A program made the position numbers and the translations under genes. The notes below the pieces were generated by a model, which was given only the letters and a program-made list of their open reading frames with translations, was not told where the DNA came from and searched no databases. Shown piece after piece: positions 7,801 through 16,203 of a stretch of DNA of 64,000 nt (position 1 is the first letter of the stretch; each line of letters starts with the position of its first letter). The stretch is taken from contig JAFYKO010000170.1 of the NCBI GenBank assembly GCA_017537515.1, positions 1,487 to 65,486 of the forward strand, in the 5' to 3' direction. The DNA comes from Clostridia bacterium. GTDB lineage: Bacteria > Bacillota > Clostridia > Christensenellales > UBA1242.

Positions 7801-9159
7801 TTAAAGGTCAGTCATACCCTTCTTTGCGATTTCAATGCCTGCAACGCCCGTCTTCTTAACGCCCGTGTCGGTCTGTGGCATAACAGCACGGCTAGGGGCG
7901 TTCTTAATGGGTTTGTTGGACTTCTTCATCAATCCCGCATTACCGATGATGGCGTTTTCAATGTCGTCCTTGTCAATTTCGGAGTTGTAAAAATCCTGGT
8001 AGGCAGAAACCATACCGTCCTGGATATTCTTTTCAAGGTATTCACGGAGTTGGTCGGACGACCAATCAAACATATTCATACCAGGTGCCACTGTGCTTTG
8101 CGGAACTTCGCCATCGTTGGCGATAGCGATTGCACCCTGGAAGTCACGCAGCATATCTGCGGGGTCCTGGGCGGTATCGCCTGCGGAGTTCTTGAACACA
8201 AGACTGTCAATTTCGCAGTTCGGGTTCAACAGGAACACCTGGGACCACCTGTGGTGCCCGTCCACAATGTAATACGTTCCGTTGTAGTCATAGACTACCA
8301 ACGGCAGGTTCACGGTCACGGGACCGCCATCAAGAATCTGCTTCACCTGTTCGGGGTTCTTACCGCTAACCTGGTAGGAAAGCGACTTGCCCACGTCAAT
8401 TTCGTTTTGAGTCGGGTGAAGGTCCTTCGCCTTGATGTTCATAGTGGTGGTGTCCATCTTTTCAGCGTATTCACCATCACCGAAGCCCTTTTCAAGCAGG
8501 GCAAGTTGTTCGTCCGTCAAGCCATCCAAAGCGTTCACAAGACTGCCCATATCCGACTTGGATTTAAGGTCCTTAACTTCCTTGTCAAATTCCTGGTCGC
8601 CCGTTTCTTCGTAAATGCCGTCCAGGGCTTCGTTGTAGCCCTTCTTGTATGACAGGAACGCTGCACGGTTCGGGAACGATTCCTGGGTCTTCATAGGGGC
8701 GTAGTTGCGTCCGTCACGATTACCCTGGGAGTAATAGGCTTCGCCTTTGGATTCCGTAGGTGCCGACGGCTTGTTGTCAAGAATGCAGGACGTAAGCGTT
8801 TCAAGTTCTGTGTCAGTCGGGAACTCCAACTTCTTGCCGTTGTCAAATTCCATACGGAGCAGGTCTGCATCGGAGTCATACCACATTTTGCCGAAATCTT
8901 TGTATTCCTTGTATATCGGATTGGTAATTTCGCTGATTACAAGTGTCCCGCCAATGCTCCAACCGCAAGAAATAAGGTGTTCGGGGTGGTCATACTTGAA
9001 ATACAACCACACAGGACGGGTAAGGTCGTTGCTGTAAGCAGGGTCCTTGTTCCATATTTCACGTCCGTCCTTGTCCTTTACACGCTTCCCAAGCCACTGC
9101 TTGTCAGCATCAGAAACTGATTCACGCTTCTTGTTATGAAGATTGATTTTGAAACTCAT
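7801..9159 (-). CDS. protein with a C-terminal ParB/Srx-like nuclease domain (452 aa), N-terminal MSFKINLHN tag variant
   Basis: KDLHPTQNEIDV...YYIVDGHHRWSQVF matches the ParB-N/sulfiredoxin-fold signature (DGxHR). Confidence 0.6.
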   Translation of the reverse strand: MSFKINLHNKKRESVSDADKQWLGKRVKDKDGREIWNKDPAYSNDLTRPVWLYFKYDHPEHLISCGWSIGGTLVISEITNPIYKEYKDFGKMWYDSDADLLRMEFDNGKKLEFPTDTELETLTSCILDNKPSAPTESKGEAYYSQGNRDGRNYAPMKTQESFPNRAAFLSYKKGYNEALDGIYEETGDQEFDKEVKDLKSKSDMGSLVNALDGLTDEQLALLEKGFGDGEYAEKMDTTTMNIKAKDLHPTQNEIDVGKSLSYQVSGKNPEQVKQILDGGPVTVNLPLVVYDYNGTYYIVDGHHRWSQVFLLNPNCEIDSLVFKNSAGDTAQDPADMLRDFQGAIAIANDGEVPQSTVAPGMNMFDWSSDQLREYLEKNIQDGMVSAYQDFYNSEIDKDDIENAIIGNAGLMKKSNKPIKNAPSRAVMPQTDTGVKKTGVAGIEIAKKGMTDL

Positions 9160-9176
9160 AATAAAGTCCTTGCTTA

Positions 9177-9581
9177 TTAGTAAACACTCTTGAACTTTGC
9201 CAATGCTTCTTCAACGTCAGCAGCAAACGCAGCGGAGCAATTACCAGGGAGTGCTGCCAACACAATGTCTTTCCAGGAATCAATCGGGCTGTCGTAGTTG
9301 GAACCTATTTCTTCTGCAATAGCACCCAAAGCGTTGTTTGCGTCGTTAAGTTCGTCGCAAATGCCGTTAATGCGGTCCAACTTCTTTAACATTTCTTCTT
9401 TTTCGGGTCCGTCGTTAAGGCGGTCAATGGCTCCTACAATACTGTCGCTTGCGTCTTCGTCAAGAATATCACGAAGACCGCTGTAAGCCATATCTACCTT
9501 TTCGGCAGCGTCTGTGATAATGTCTTCCAGGTAGGAATTTGTGTTGTTCTTTGCTTTGCTAGGTATTAAGTCCCGTATCAT
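9177..9581 (-). CDS. hypothetical acidic protein (134 aa)
   Basis: Minus-arm ORF with AAGGA upstream. Strongly D/E-rich. Confidence 0.6.
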   Translation of the reverse strand: MIRDLIPSKAKNNTNSYLEDIITDAAEKVDMAYSGLRDILDEDASDSIVGAIDRLNDGPEKEEMLKKLDRINGICDELNDANNALGAIAEEIGSNYDSPIDSWKDIVLAALPGNCSAAFAADVEEALAKFKSVY

Positions 9582-9638
9582 AGAAGTAATCCTTATTAAA
9601 TGGTTTTGATTATACTCAATTAAAATAACAATTCCTGT

Positions 9639-10223
9639 TTACACGTGCAACACCAGGTCCAGGTAAATGAGCGATTCTTCGTTCTCTTTCTTGGCGTTCG
9701 GGTTTCGCAAAGTCCTAATGTTCTTGACAAAATACGACAAGTCTTCGTCCCCATAATGCACAAGCAACTTGGAATGTAAAACAATATCACCTGGGCAGTA
9801 GTCCCTATGACCGCTTGTATTTTTGAGCGTGTAAGCCGTGTTTTCTTCGTCCAGGAACATTTCAGTCCCACGGATGACGGGCTGTTCCTGCGGGTCCAGG
9901 AATGCGATACGGGCTATAAAGTCGGGTTCTTCCTTGTAGCGGTATTCGTGGTCCTTTTCGTTATACACACTACCCGTCCTGTCTTCCTGGTTGTAGGCAC
10001 CTTCCAGGGGCATACCACTGTAAATGGAGCGGTCGCCACGGTCCACAATCGGGAAGTTTTCAGTCCCCTCGGAAATGACGGGCAGGTAAACTTCGGCATT
10101 GTAGCCTACGATTGTGATACTATGCTTCAAGGCGACATACACCTGTGTGTCGGCTAGACGGGTAACTACGTTAAGCGAATGCCTGTCTTTCAAAAAGTTT
10201 ATGTCGTCAAGATTTTTAGGCAT
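9639..10223 (-). CDS. hypothetical protein (194 aa)
   Basis: Minus-arm ORF with AAGGAC upstream, packed 3 nt from the upstream gene's stop. Confidence 0.65.
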   Translation of the reverse strand: MPKNLDDINFLKDRHSLNVVTRLADTQVYVALKHSITIVGYNAEVYLPVISEGTENFPIVDRGDRSIYSGMPLEGAYNQEDRTGSVYNEKDHEYRYKEEPDFIARIAFLDPQEQPVIRGTEMFLDEENTAYTLKNTSGHRDYCPGDIVLHSKLLVHYGDEDLSYFVKNIRTLRNPNAKKENEESLIYLDLVLHV

Positions 10224-10226
10224 AGG

Positions 10227-10700
10227 TTAGTCCTTGATTAAGCGTATGTTATAGAATGTAAAATCCCTAACTATATCAAGTTCTGCTGAATTTTTAGTTA
10301 TCACTATGCTGTCGGCATAGTCATCGTCAATTGGTTTTCCACGTAAAAAAGCGACATCCCGTTCTTCTTCCCAATTCACCACTCTATTCCTGTGGGGGTC
10401 AAATGAAGCAAACCCGTGAGGAACGACATTAAACCCATTTTGGTCCTTTAAGGATTTAACGTGTTCTAGTAATTTTTTAATTTCTGTTGAGTCGGGAAGG
10501 TGCCATCCGTTTATAGACTTCACTATTCTATCGGCAGCGTCTAAATTATAGAAATATAAATGGGCATACTGCCTAAATATACCTGCACCCCCATCGTCAA
10601 TTTCAAGATTTTCAGCCATCCACACCTGGTCGCCAATCTTGACGGTCTTGGGGTTGAACGCTTCATTCAATCTTTCGTGAACTCTAATTTTAAGTGCCAT
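10227..10700 (-). CDS. FISUMP (Fibrobacter succinogenes major paralogous) domain protein (157 aa) with N-terminal MALKIRVHE tag
   Basis: TVKIGDQVWMAENL...NGWHLPDSTEIKKLLEHV are the hallmark motifs of TIGR02145. The start is taken at the internal ATG at 10698-10700, not the track start at 10808. Confidence 0.7.
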   Translation of the reverse strand: MALKIRVHERLNEAFNPKTVKIGDQVWMAENLEIDDGGAGIFRQYAHLYFYNLDAADRIVKSINGWHLPDSTEIKKLLEHVKSLKDQNGFNVVPHGFASFDPHRNRVVNWEEERDVAFLRGKPIDDDYADSIVITKNSAELDIVRDFTFYNIRLIKD

Positions 10701-10935
10701 ACGCTGCCTCTTGCTCGTTAGTTCTAATGACTTTGCTTTTCCAGGACGGACCCATTCGTTCTGCCTGTTCCGTGCCCGAACAATAACTGCACACGGGTTT
10801 TCCACCAATGTAGCGGTATGTCTTTCGGGCGTGGCAGATGCAGCAAAGTTCTTTTGTCCCTGCTGTATTACGCTTGCGGTGCAACGGGGCTAGTCCGTCA
10901 ATGGTTATCGGTTTTGGGTAGTCATCAATGTTCAA
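10690..10935 (-). CDS. small zinc-ribbon protein (81 aa), TTG start
   Basis: CCICHARKTYRYIGGKPVCSYC (CxxC...CxxC). Overlaps the next start by 11 nt. Confidence 0.5.
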   Translation of the reverse strand: MNIDDYPKPITIDGLAPLHRKRNTAGTKELCCICHARKTYRYIGGKPVCSYCSGTEQAERMGPSWKSKVIRTNEQEAAYGT

Positions 10936-10938
10936 GGG

Positions 10939-11259
10939 TTATTCCTTACTGTCGCAGTAGCGGTAGAAGATTGATTGTAGTTTCTTGTAAAGGTCAAAGT
11001 CGCAGTCACGCTCAAATTCGGAGTCGGCTTCCCAGGTCCGAACGTTGAACTTGCCACCATTGTAAACCAATTCGTAAGCACAGAAGAAACTGCCGACACC
11101 AGGGACGGACACAACCAACTGCTGCTGTCCGTAATTGGTGCTTTCGCTGCGGGCGTTCAACTTGTAGTTGCTGCCCAGGGCTTGCTTGAACTCCGTCATC
11201 ATAGCGTCCAAGTCAACGGCACCCTTCTTTTCGTGAAGTTTGATTGCTAATCGGCTCAT
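10939..11259 (-). CDS. hypothetical protein (106 aa) with N-terminal MSRLAIKLHE tag
   Basis: The start is placed at the ATG at 11257-11259, which overlaps the upstream stop as ATGA. The track start at 11277 would overlap by 22 nt. Confidence 0.6.
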   Translation of the reverse strand: MSRLAIKLHEKKGAVDLDAMMTEFKQALGSNYKLNARSESTNYGQQQLVVSVPGVGSFFCAYELVYNGGKFNVRTWEADSEFERDCDFDLYKKLQSIFYRYCDSKE

Positions 11260-12239
11260 TCTACCCAATGCCTCCATACGACATTAGCAAGGGTTCCGTC
11301 CTTGTCTTCATAGCACCAAAGAACGGGGTCATAGCCTAACAAATCAAGTTCCGTAGCAATGTCAACATTAGACATACCCTGTTTCTGTAATTCAGCGATT
11401 TTGTCCTTTTTGTCTTCGCCCAAATGAGTAAGCACCCATTCAACGGTTACAATCGCTGTATCGTGCAGATAGTCGTTGACTACTATGGGGTCGTTGGGGT
11501 TATACTTGTTTTCCGTATCGTATTCGTCGTGCATATCTTTGAGCATATCTTTGATAGCCCTTTTATGCAACGGAACATTGTGTATAACCCCGTCGTCGGT
11601 AATCTTTTCGTGAACACGGATTTTCAAAGAAGTCTTTTTAACGGATTCCCACTTTTGAATGTAGTCAATGCTCAAGGGTGCGGTCTTGTCAATCTTGTCC
11701 CCGTTGCCGTTTCTTTCAGCGTAAGCCACCGCCTGCTTCCAAGCGTCGGCTTCGTCTTCGGCACCCGAAATCTTCATAGTGTAGGGCTTTCCATCCTTTG
11801 TCTTGAACCTTACGACCCATTCCGAATAAAGGCGGTTCAAGTTCTTGCGAGCGTCTTCTTTGTCGCCTTCAACGGAGCCGTTCAAAATTGAACGTGCCAT
11901 ACCCGCTGACATTTTAGATTCGTGGACGGTAATCTTCATTTTCTTCATTTTGCTTTCTCCAATGGCATACAGGCTATACAAACGGGAACCCGCAGTGTAA
12001 TACTTTCTGCCCCATACCCTTACGCCCGAACCGACGTAAGTGGAACTGTCATTCAAAACCACAACGCCCTGTTTGGTGTCGTCGTCAATGTCCAAAGCCC
12101 TAATGGGTTTAGTGAACGTAAAGGCTTTCTGCCACGCAGTCATAGGACCAAACGGCTTCTTTGACCACTGCAACTCGCAGGGGTTCTTCGGATTTATCCG
12201 ATAGTGAATGTCGTATTTTGGAACGTAGATTGACTGCAT
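11256..12239 (-). CDS. three-module protein (327 aa) with two internal (L/I)KIxVHE junctions
   Basis: The junctions are KKMKITVHES (aa 101-107) and SLKIRVHEK (aa 205-211). Start and stop overlap the neighbouring genes. Confidence 0.65.
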   Translation of the reverse strand: MQSIYVPKYDIHYRINPKNPCELQWSKKPFGPMTAWQKAFTFTKPIRALDIDDDTKQGVVVLNDSSTYVGSGVRVWGRKYYTAGSRLYSLYAIGESKMKKMKITVHESKMSAGMARSILNGSVEGDKEDARKNLNRLYSEWVVRFKTKDGKPYTMKISGAEDEADAWKQAVAYAERNGNGDKIDKTAPLSIDYIQKWESVKKTSLKIRVHEKITDDGVIHNVPLHKRAIKDMLKDMHDEYDTENKYNPNDPIVVNDYLHDTAIVTVEWVLTHLGEDKKDKIAELQKQGMSNVDIATELDLLGYDPVLWCYEDKDGTLANVVWRHWVE

Positions 12240-12748
12240 TAGAACGTAAACCCTGTATATACTTCTTTATCGCCTTTAAAGCAATAGCTGTCGCCAATGT
12301 CGCTGAATTTAATGGCACAGTAGGTTCTGTCGGACCTGTCGTAGCCGTCAAAGACCCACACCTGGGATTCCTTCGGGTATTCAATCGGTTTAAGGGTAAA
12401 GAACTCGTCCTTCTTCAAGTTCTTAATCTTCTTGACGGTCGGTTCCCACGCAGCGTCTTCGTTCTTGTGTTCAACAATCCCACGCAGTTCATTGGCAATT
12501 TTACCCGTGGCATCCAAGAAAGAAATGTCGTTGTGCGGGAAGAAATCCGAAACGATTTTGTATGCAGGGAACTTGCCACGGGTGTCTTCTACATATATAG
12601 TATCACCATCAACGGTGGTGTTGACAAAAGGACCCCAACCATCTCGAAGGTAGTAATCCTGTTCGGAAGCATCGTCGGGGCTACTGCATTTAACAGCGAT
12701 TACAGGGACTACTAATTCTTTTTCGTGTAGTTTGATTTTAAGAGCCAT
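12239..12748 (-). CDS. hypothetical protein (169 aa) with N-terminal MALKIKLHE tag
   Basis: ORF with a TGTATATT -10 at 12779-12786 (minus strand) and AAAGG upstream. Its stop overlaps the next ATG. Confidence 0.65.
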   Translation of the reverse strand: MALKIKLHEKELVVPVIAVKCSSPDDASEQDYYLRDGWGPFVNTTVDGDTIYVEDTRGKFPAYKIVSDFFPHNDISFLDATGKIANELRGIVEHKNEDAAWEPTVKKIKNLKKDEFFTLKPIEYPKESQVWVFDGYDRSDRTYCAIKFSDIGDSYCFKGDKEVYTGFTF

Positions 12749-12798
12749 AGAAAACCTTTGGTTTGTTATTCAGTGTGAAATATACATTATTCTCACAA

Positions 12799-13008
12799 CT
12801 AACGGAAAAGCCATTCTTCAAATCGGGCGTTGCTTTCGTCTTCAAGCGATTGCAGGATTTCCAGGTCCGCAATACGCAGGGCACCACAGCGGGCATCCAC
12901 CGCTGTCCTGGCGACGGCATAGAGAGTGTTTATGTAGAGTTTCTGCTTGTCTTCGGGCAGCATAGCGAGCATACCCGAAATATCGGTCTGTGGTTCTGTC
13001 ATACCCAT
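12799..13008 (-). CDS. hypothetical protein (69 aa; probably starts at the second ATG at 13002 as a leaderless mRNA)
   Basis: The -10 TATATT (13009-13014, minus strand) abuts the ATG at 13008. The second ATG (13000-13002) sits 6 nt after the -10. Confidence 0.5.
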   Translation of the reverse strand: MGMTEPQTDISGMLAMLPEDKQKLYINTLYAVARTAVDARCGALRIADLEILQSLEDESNARFEEWLFR

Positions 13009-13107
13009 AATATAACAAAATACCTATTGTTTAGCAAGTATGTAAGCAAATTGTAAACAAAAATTTTAATAAGCCCTGTTGACTGCGGGTGGGTATTTAG
13101 TTATATT
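13009..13107. promoter_or_regulatory. back-to-back divergent promoters separating the two transcription arms
   Basis: Minus strand: TTGCTA (13032-13037), 17 nt, TATATT (13009-13014). Plus strand: TTGACT (13079-13084), 17 nt, TATATT (13102-13107), followed by a leader ending CCACCGAGGA. Confidence 0.65.
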
Positions 13108-13144
13108 ATTCTTACGTTCAACCATTCCACCGAGGATTAAGTGT

Positions 13145-13525
13145 ATGGAAAAAGTAATCGCACCGTTCGTCGGGTTCTACCCCGACTTCAAGCACCCGTT
13201 TTCCGTGGCTGAAAGCCACAATACCGCCCTGGGCTACATTATGGAAGCCCGCAAGGAACACGGCTTCATTATCAAGACCCTGCCCGAATGCTACGGGTTC
13301 GTAGTCAAGTCCGTGGACGGCAATTACCGATTTGCCGACCGCAAGGACGCTTACGCTGTCGCAAAGGCAGCGGGGCAGTTCAAAGAAGACTACCCGAACA
13401 CCAACACCCTTGAATCCTATATGATTAACTACGACGGGGCAGAACTATCCCCGCTGTGGAACCTGTCCGAAAAGGTGTGTCGTGCTTTCAGCGGATTAAC
13501 GGTGGACTCCGATATTGAAATTTGA
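13145..13525 (+). CDS. hypothetical protein (126 aa)
   Basis: ATG at 13145, 8 nt after CCGAGGA. First gene of the plus arm. Confidence 0.65.
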   Translation: MEKVIAPFVGFYPDFKHPFSVAESHNTALGYIMEARKEHGFIIKTLPECYGFVVKSVDGNYRFADRKDAYAVAKAAGQFKEDYPNTNTLESYMINYDGAELSPLWNLSEKVCRAFSGLTVDSDIEI

Positions 13526-13542
13526 CGCTACCCGACTATATA
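13522..13542 (+). promoter_or_regulatory. class-II motif TTGACGCTACCCGACTATATA
   Basis: One of at least 10 copies of (TTGA)CGCTA-N4-GACTATATA. It overlaps the TGA stop of the upstream gene. Confidence 0.5.
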
Positions 13543-13567
13543 GGTAGTGTAGGAGTTTACAATCACG

Positions 13568-13822
13568 ATGGACGATTTTGTTGAAAATGCCGAACTGACC
13601 GTAATGGACGTTGAGTGCTACTTGAACAGCACCGACGCACCCACCGAACTTGACGCAGCGAAACAGCAGGTAAGTGACCTGCGGTGTATGCTGCGTTCTA
13701 CGCACCAGGCTTACACGAAAGCCGTGCAGTCTGCCGAAAAATACCAACTTCTCGCCTTTGTATTTGGCTGTATGGTGGTTACAATCGTAATCTGCACAAT
13801 CCTGGAGGGTCTGCTACAATGA
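13568..13822 (+). CDS. hypothetical protein (84 aa) with a C-terminal TM helix
   Basis: The ORF ends in LLAFVFGCMVVTIVICTILEGL. ATGA overlap with the next gene. Confidence 0.55.
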   Translation: MDDFVENAELTVMDVECYLNSTDAPTELDAAKQQVSDLRCMLRSTHQAYTKAVQSAEKYQLLAFVFGCMVVTIVICTILEGLLQ

Positions 13823-14370
13823 CAAAGGTTAGGCTCAAACGGACGAAACCGAAGAAACCCACTAGCGAGCAGTATCTTGCTGCCGAACTGCCGAAGGTCC
13901 TTAACAAGTTCGTGGGGAAGCGATACACGCTGTCCTCCGCTTCTAAAATGGTTAAGGAAATTCAGCAGGTCATTGTCAGTGCCACTTGCATTCAGCCGAC
14001 CTGGGAAAGCCGTGTCCGTGATATGCAGGCTCAACTTAAAGGCAAGGCTTACCACCTTGACAACGGCATTAACAACGGAATTGTTTTCGTGGAAAATGTC
14101 GGAATATATGACAATACCGACCACGATACCTTGTGTATTGACGGTTTATTTGCTAGATTTACCAAAGACGGGAAAATTAGCGATGTCAGCCCCGTAAGGT
14201 TGGCATACCCCTTATGTTCCACCTGTATTCGTGACGGGAAGTTTAGGACCCACCTAGACGGGCACAATTACCAGGCTTACGAAATCCTTAACGACGAAGA
14301 TTTCAAGAACGCCTTGCAGTGTGCAAAGATAGCCCAAACCCGAATTAGCAGGCGGTTGGAAAACTTTTAA
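13819..14370 (+). CDS. hypothetical protein (183 aa)
   Basis: The start is taken at the ATG at 13819 (MTKVRLKRTK), overlapping the upstream stop. The track start at 13684 lies inside the previous gene. Confidence 0.6.
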   Translation: MTKVRLKRTKPKKPTSEQYLAAELPKVLNKFVGKRYTLSSASKMVKEIQQVIVSATCIQPTWESRVRDMQAQLKGKAYHLDNGINNGIVFVENVGIYDNTDHDTLCIDGLFARFTKDGKISDVSPVRLAYPLCSTCIRDGKFRTHLDGHNYQAYEILNDEDFKNALQCAKIAQTRISRRLENF

Positions 14371-14377
14371 GGATTTT

Positions 14378-14446
14378 GCCCCGCCCTATTTCCTAATCCT
14401 CGGTCGTGGTTGTCTAAAGTGCGGGAAATGGGCGGGGCTTTTTATT
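14378..14446 (+). terminator. GC-rich long-loop hairpin plus T-run
   Basis: GCCCCGCCCTATTTCC (14378-14393) pairs with GGGAAATGGGCGGGGC (14423-14438): 9 GC pairs, a 2-nt mismatch, then 5 pairs. TTTTTATTT follows. Confidence 0.6.
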
Positions 14447-14450
14447 TACT

Positions 14451-14738
14451 ATGCGACTTTACCTAGTTAAACTCAATCACGTAGATTACGACACCTACGA
14501 CGCTGCCGTTATAGCCTGTGAATCCAGGCAGAAGTTGGAACAACTCTTGGAAGACAAGGTGTTTGACAGGGAAACCCAGGACGGGGACTACAAGGGCAGA
14601 AGCGAGCGTGTCCAATACGACTACGACTTTGAAATTGGTCGTTGGCAGAAAGTTGAAGAAATCACAGCGGTCGGATATACCGACCTGGAAACCGACAAGG
14701 AAGCAATAGTTATCCTGGGTTCATTCAACGCAGGATAA
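14451..14738 (+). CDS. hypothetical protein (95 aa)
   Basis: Plus-arm ORF. No motif recognised. Confidence 0.55.
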   Translation: MRLYLVKLNHVDYDTYDAAVIACESRQKLEQLLEDKVFDRETQDGDYKGRSERVQYDYDFEIGRWQKVEEITAVGYTDLETDKEAIVILGSFNAG

Positions 14739-14750
14739 AGGAATACCCTT

Positions 14751-14978
14751 ATGAAGACTATCTACAAGATTACTGAAAGCAGCGGTGTTCGTGGAAACAA
14801 CCTGTTCCGTAAGGAATGGTTCTGTTCCACGAAGAAGTTGGCAGAAGCGTTCAAGGCTGAAAAGGAAAAGTCCGAACAGGTCACGGTAGGCAACGTTCCC
14901 AAGGGGAACGGCTACTGCATCACGCCTGTGGAAGTAATGGACAGCGAAGACGACTTTTACAAGAAGGAACTGCGATAA
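14751..14978 (+). CDS. hypothetical protein (75 aa)
   Basis: Plus-arm ORF. Its stop overlaps the next ATG. Confidence 0.5.
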   Translation: MKTIYKITESSGVRGNNLFRKEWFCSTKKLAEAFKAEKEKSEQVTVGNVPKGNGYCITPVEVMDSEDDFYKKELR

Positions 14979-15916
14979 TGCGTGTTTTGCTTACAGCGGA
15001 TTGGCACCTGCGTGGCGATGCCCCCTCGTGCCGTGTTGACCCCGATAATTGGCTTGAAGAACAGCGACAGTCTGTTGAACAACTTTACCCAATCGTAAAA
15101 GAGAACCTTTGCGACGAAGTGTGGGTCCTGGGCGACTTGTTCCACCGTGCCCGCACTTCCACCGAAGCGACCAACCAGGCATTGTCCCTGTTGAGCGGGT
15201 TCGCCCCGACCCCCGTGCGTGTCCTGGTCGGCAACCACGATATGCTGCACCACGCTTATGAAAATGTGAGCAAATCCACTATCGGTGCTATCTTTTCCCT
15301 GGGGAACGTGACGGAATTGAAAACCGATTCGTGGATTGATTTGGTAAACCACGAAAGCGTGAATACCCGATTGCAGGCATACCCGTTCGGGACAGACCCC
15401 GAAAAGATACCCGAATGCGAAATTTGGTGCGTCCACGAACTTGTGTTCCCCGACAACAATGCCCGCCCGCACGACAAGGACGGGAAGCCGATTACTAACA
15501 TTGGCGTGATAGCCGAAGAACTCTTGCAGCGTTCCAATGCCCCGCTGATTATCACGGGCGACTACCACCACGGCTATATCAAGAATTTCAACGACACGTC
15601 TGTTGTGACCTGTGGCTGCTTGAATATCCAGGCTTCGGATATGGAAGACTACAAGCCCCGTTGCTACATTCTTGACACGTCCGATTTGTCCGTGATTGAA
15701 GTCCCGCTCAAAAAGTTTGGCAAGGTCCACCCCGACCCCAAGCGTGAATCCCGCCAGGAACTTGAAACCTACCTGGAAGGCTTGCAGGATTTTGAAGTCC
15801 CGCACCTGGACTTTATCGCCAACGTGCAGGCTGCTCTTGACAAGGAAAAGAACAAGGCTGTGCGTCAAGCGACGCAGGACATTCTTGATTCGTATGTCCC
15901 CGAAGAAAAAAAGTAG
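14978..15916 (+). CDS. SbcD/Mre11-type metallophosphoesterase nuclease
   Basis: Calcineurin-like phosphoesterase motifs appear in order: LLTADWHL, VLGDLFH, VGNHD and a later conserved His. Confidence 0.8.
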   Translation: MRVLLTADWHLRGDAPSCRVDPDNWLEEQRQSVEQLYPIVKENLCDEVWVLGDLFHRARTSTEATNQALSLLSGFAPTPVRVLVGNHDMLHHAYENVSKSTIGAIFSLGNVTELKTDSWIDLVNHESVNTRLQAYPFGTDPEKIPECEIWCVHELVFPDNNARPHDKDGKPITNIGVIAEELLQRSNAPLIITGDYHHGYIKNFNDTSVVTCGCLNIQASDMEDYKPRCYILDTSDLSVIEVPLKKFGKVHPDPKRESRQELETYLEGLQDFEVPHLDFIANVQAALDKEKNKAVRQATQDILDSYVPEEKK

Positions 15917-15960
15917 CCGTAAGACTATATTACAAGTAGAACCAAAAAGGAAAACCGAAA

Positions 15961-16203
15961 ATGGCAAAAGTAGATATTGAAAATGTCAAAGCCCGTATTG
16001 ACCGCCTCAAGAACGAACGTTCCGAAGCCGAGGGCAAGAAAAAGGCTATTGAAGAAACGTGGCAGCGTGACTACAACGTTTCCACTCTTGAAGAAGCCGA
16101 AGAACTCAAAGACAAGATTGAAAAGGAACTAGAAGACAATCGTGCTGCCCAGGAAGAATATCTTGACGCTGCCGACAAACTTCTTACCGAAGCGGGTGTG
16201 TAA
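15961..16203 (+). CDS. coiled-coil protein (80 aa), candidate Rad50/SbcC coiled-coil fragment
   Basis: Heptad-like, E/K-rich sequence. TAATG overlap with the following ATPase C-half. Confidence 0.5.
   Translation: MAKVDIENVKARIDRLKNERSEAEGKKKAIEETWQRDYNVSTLEEAEELKDKIEKELEDNRAAQEEYLDAADKLLTEAGV

Noticed and set aside
4555-9581. Acidic proteins 4555..4971 and 9177..9581 as DNA-mimic anti-restriction proteins (Ocr/ArdA-like)
   Set aside because: The idea rests only on a high D/E content. There is no motif or structural support available from the sequence alone.
10701-10808. N-terminal extension of the FISUMP ORF (track start at 10808)
   Set aside because: It would overlap the zinc-ribbon gene by ~120 nt. 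The internal ATG at 10700 yields the MALKIRVHE tag shared with neighbouring genes.
14957-15967. 336-aa minus-strand ORF
   Set aside because: It is exactly antisense to the SbcD-like gene, which has all the phosphoesterase motifs. It is a shadow ORF.
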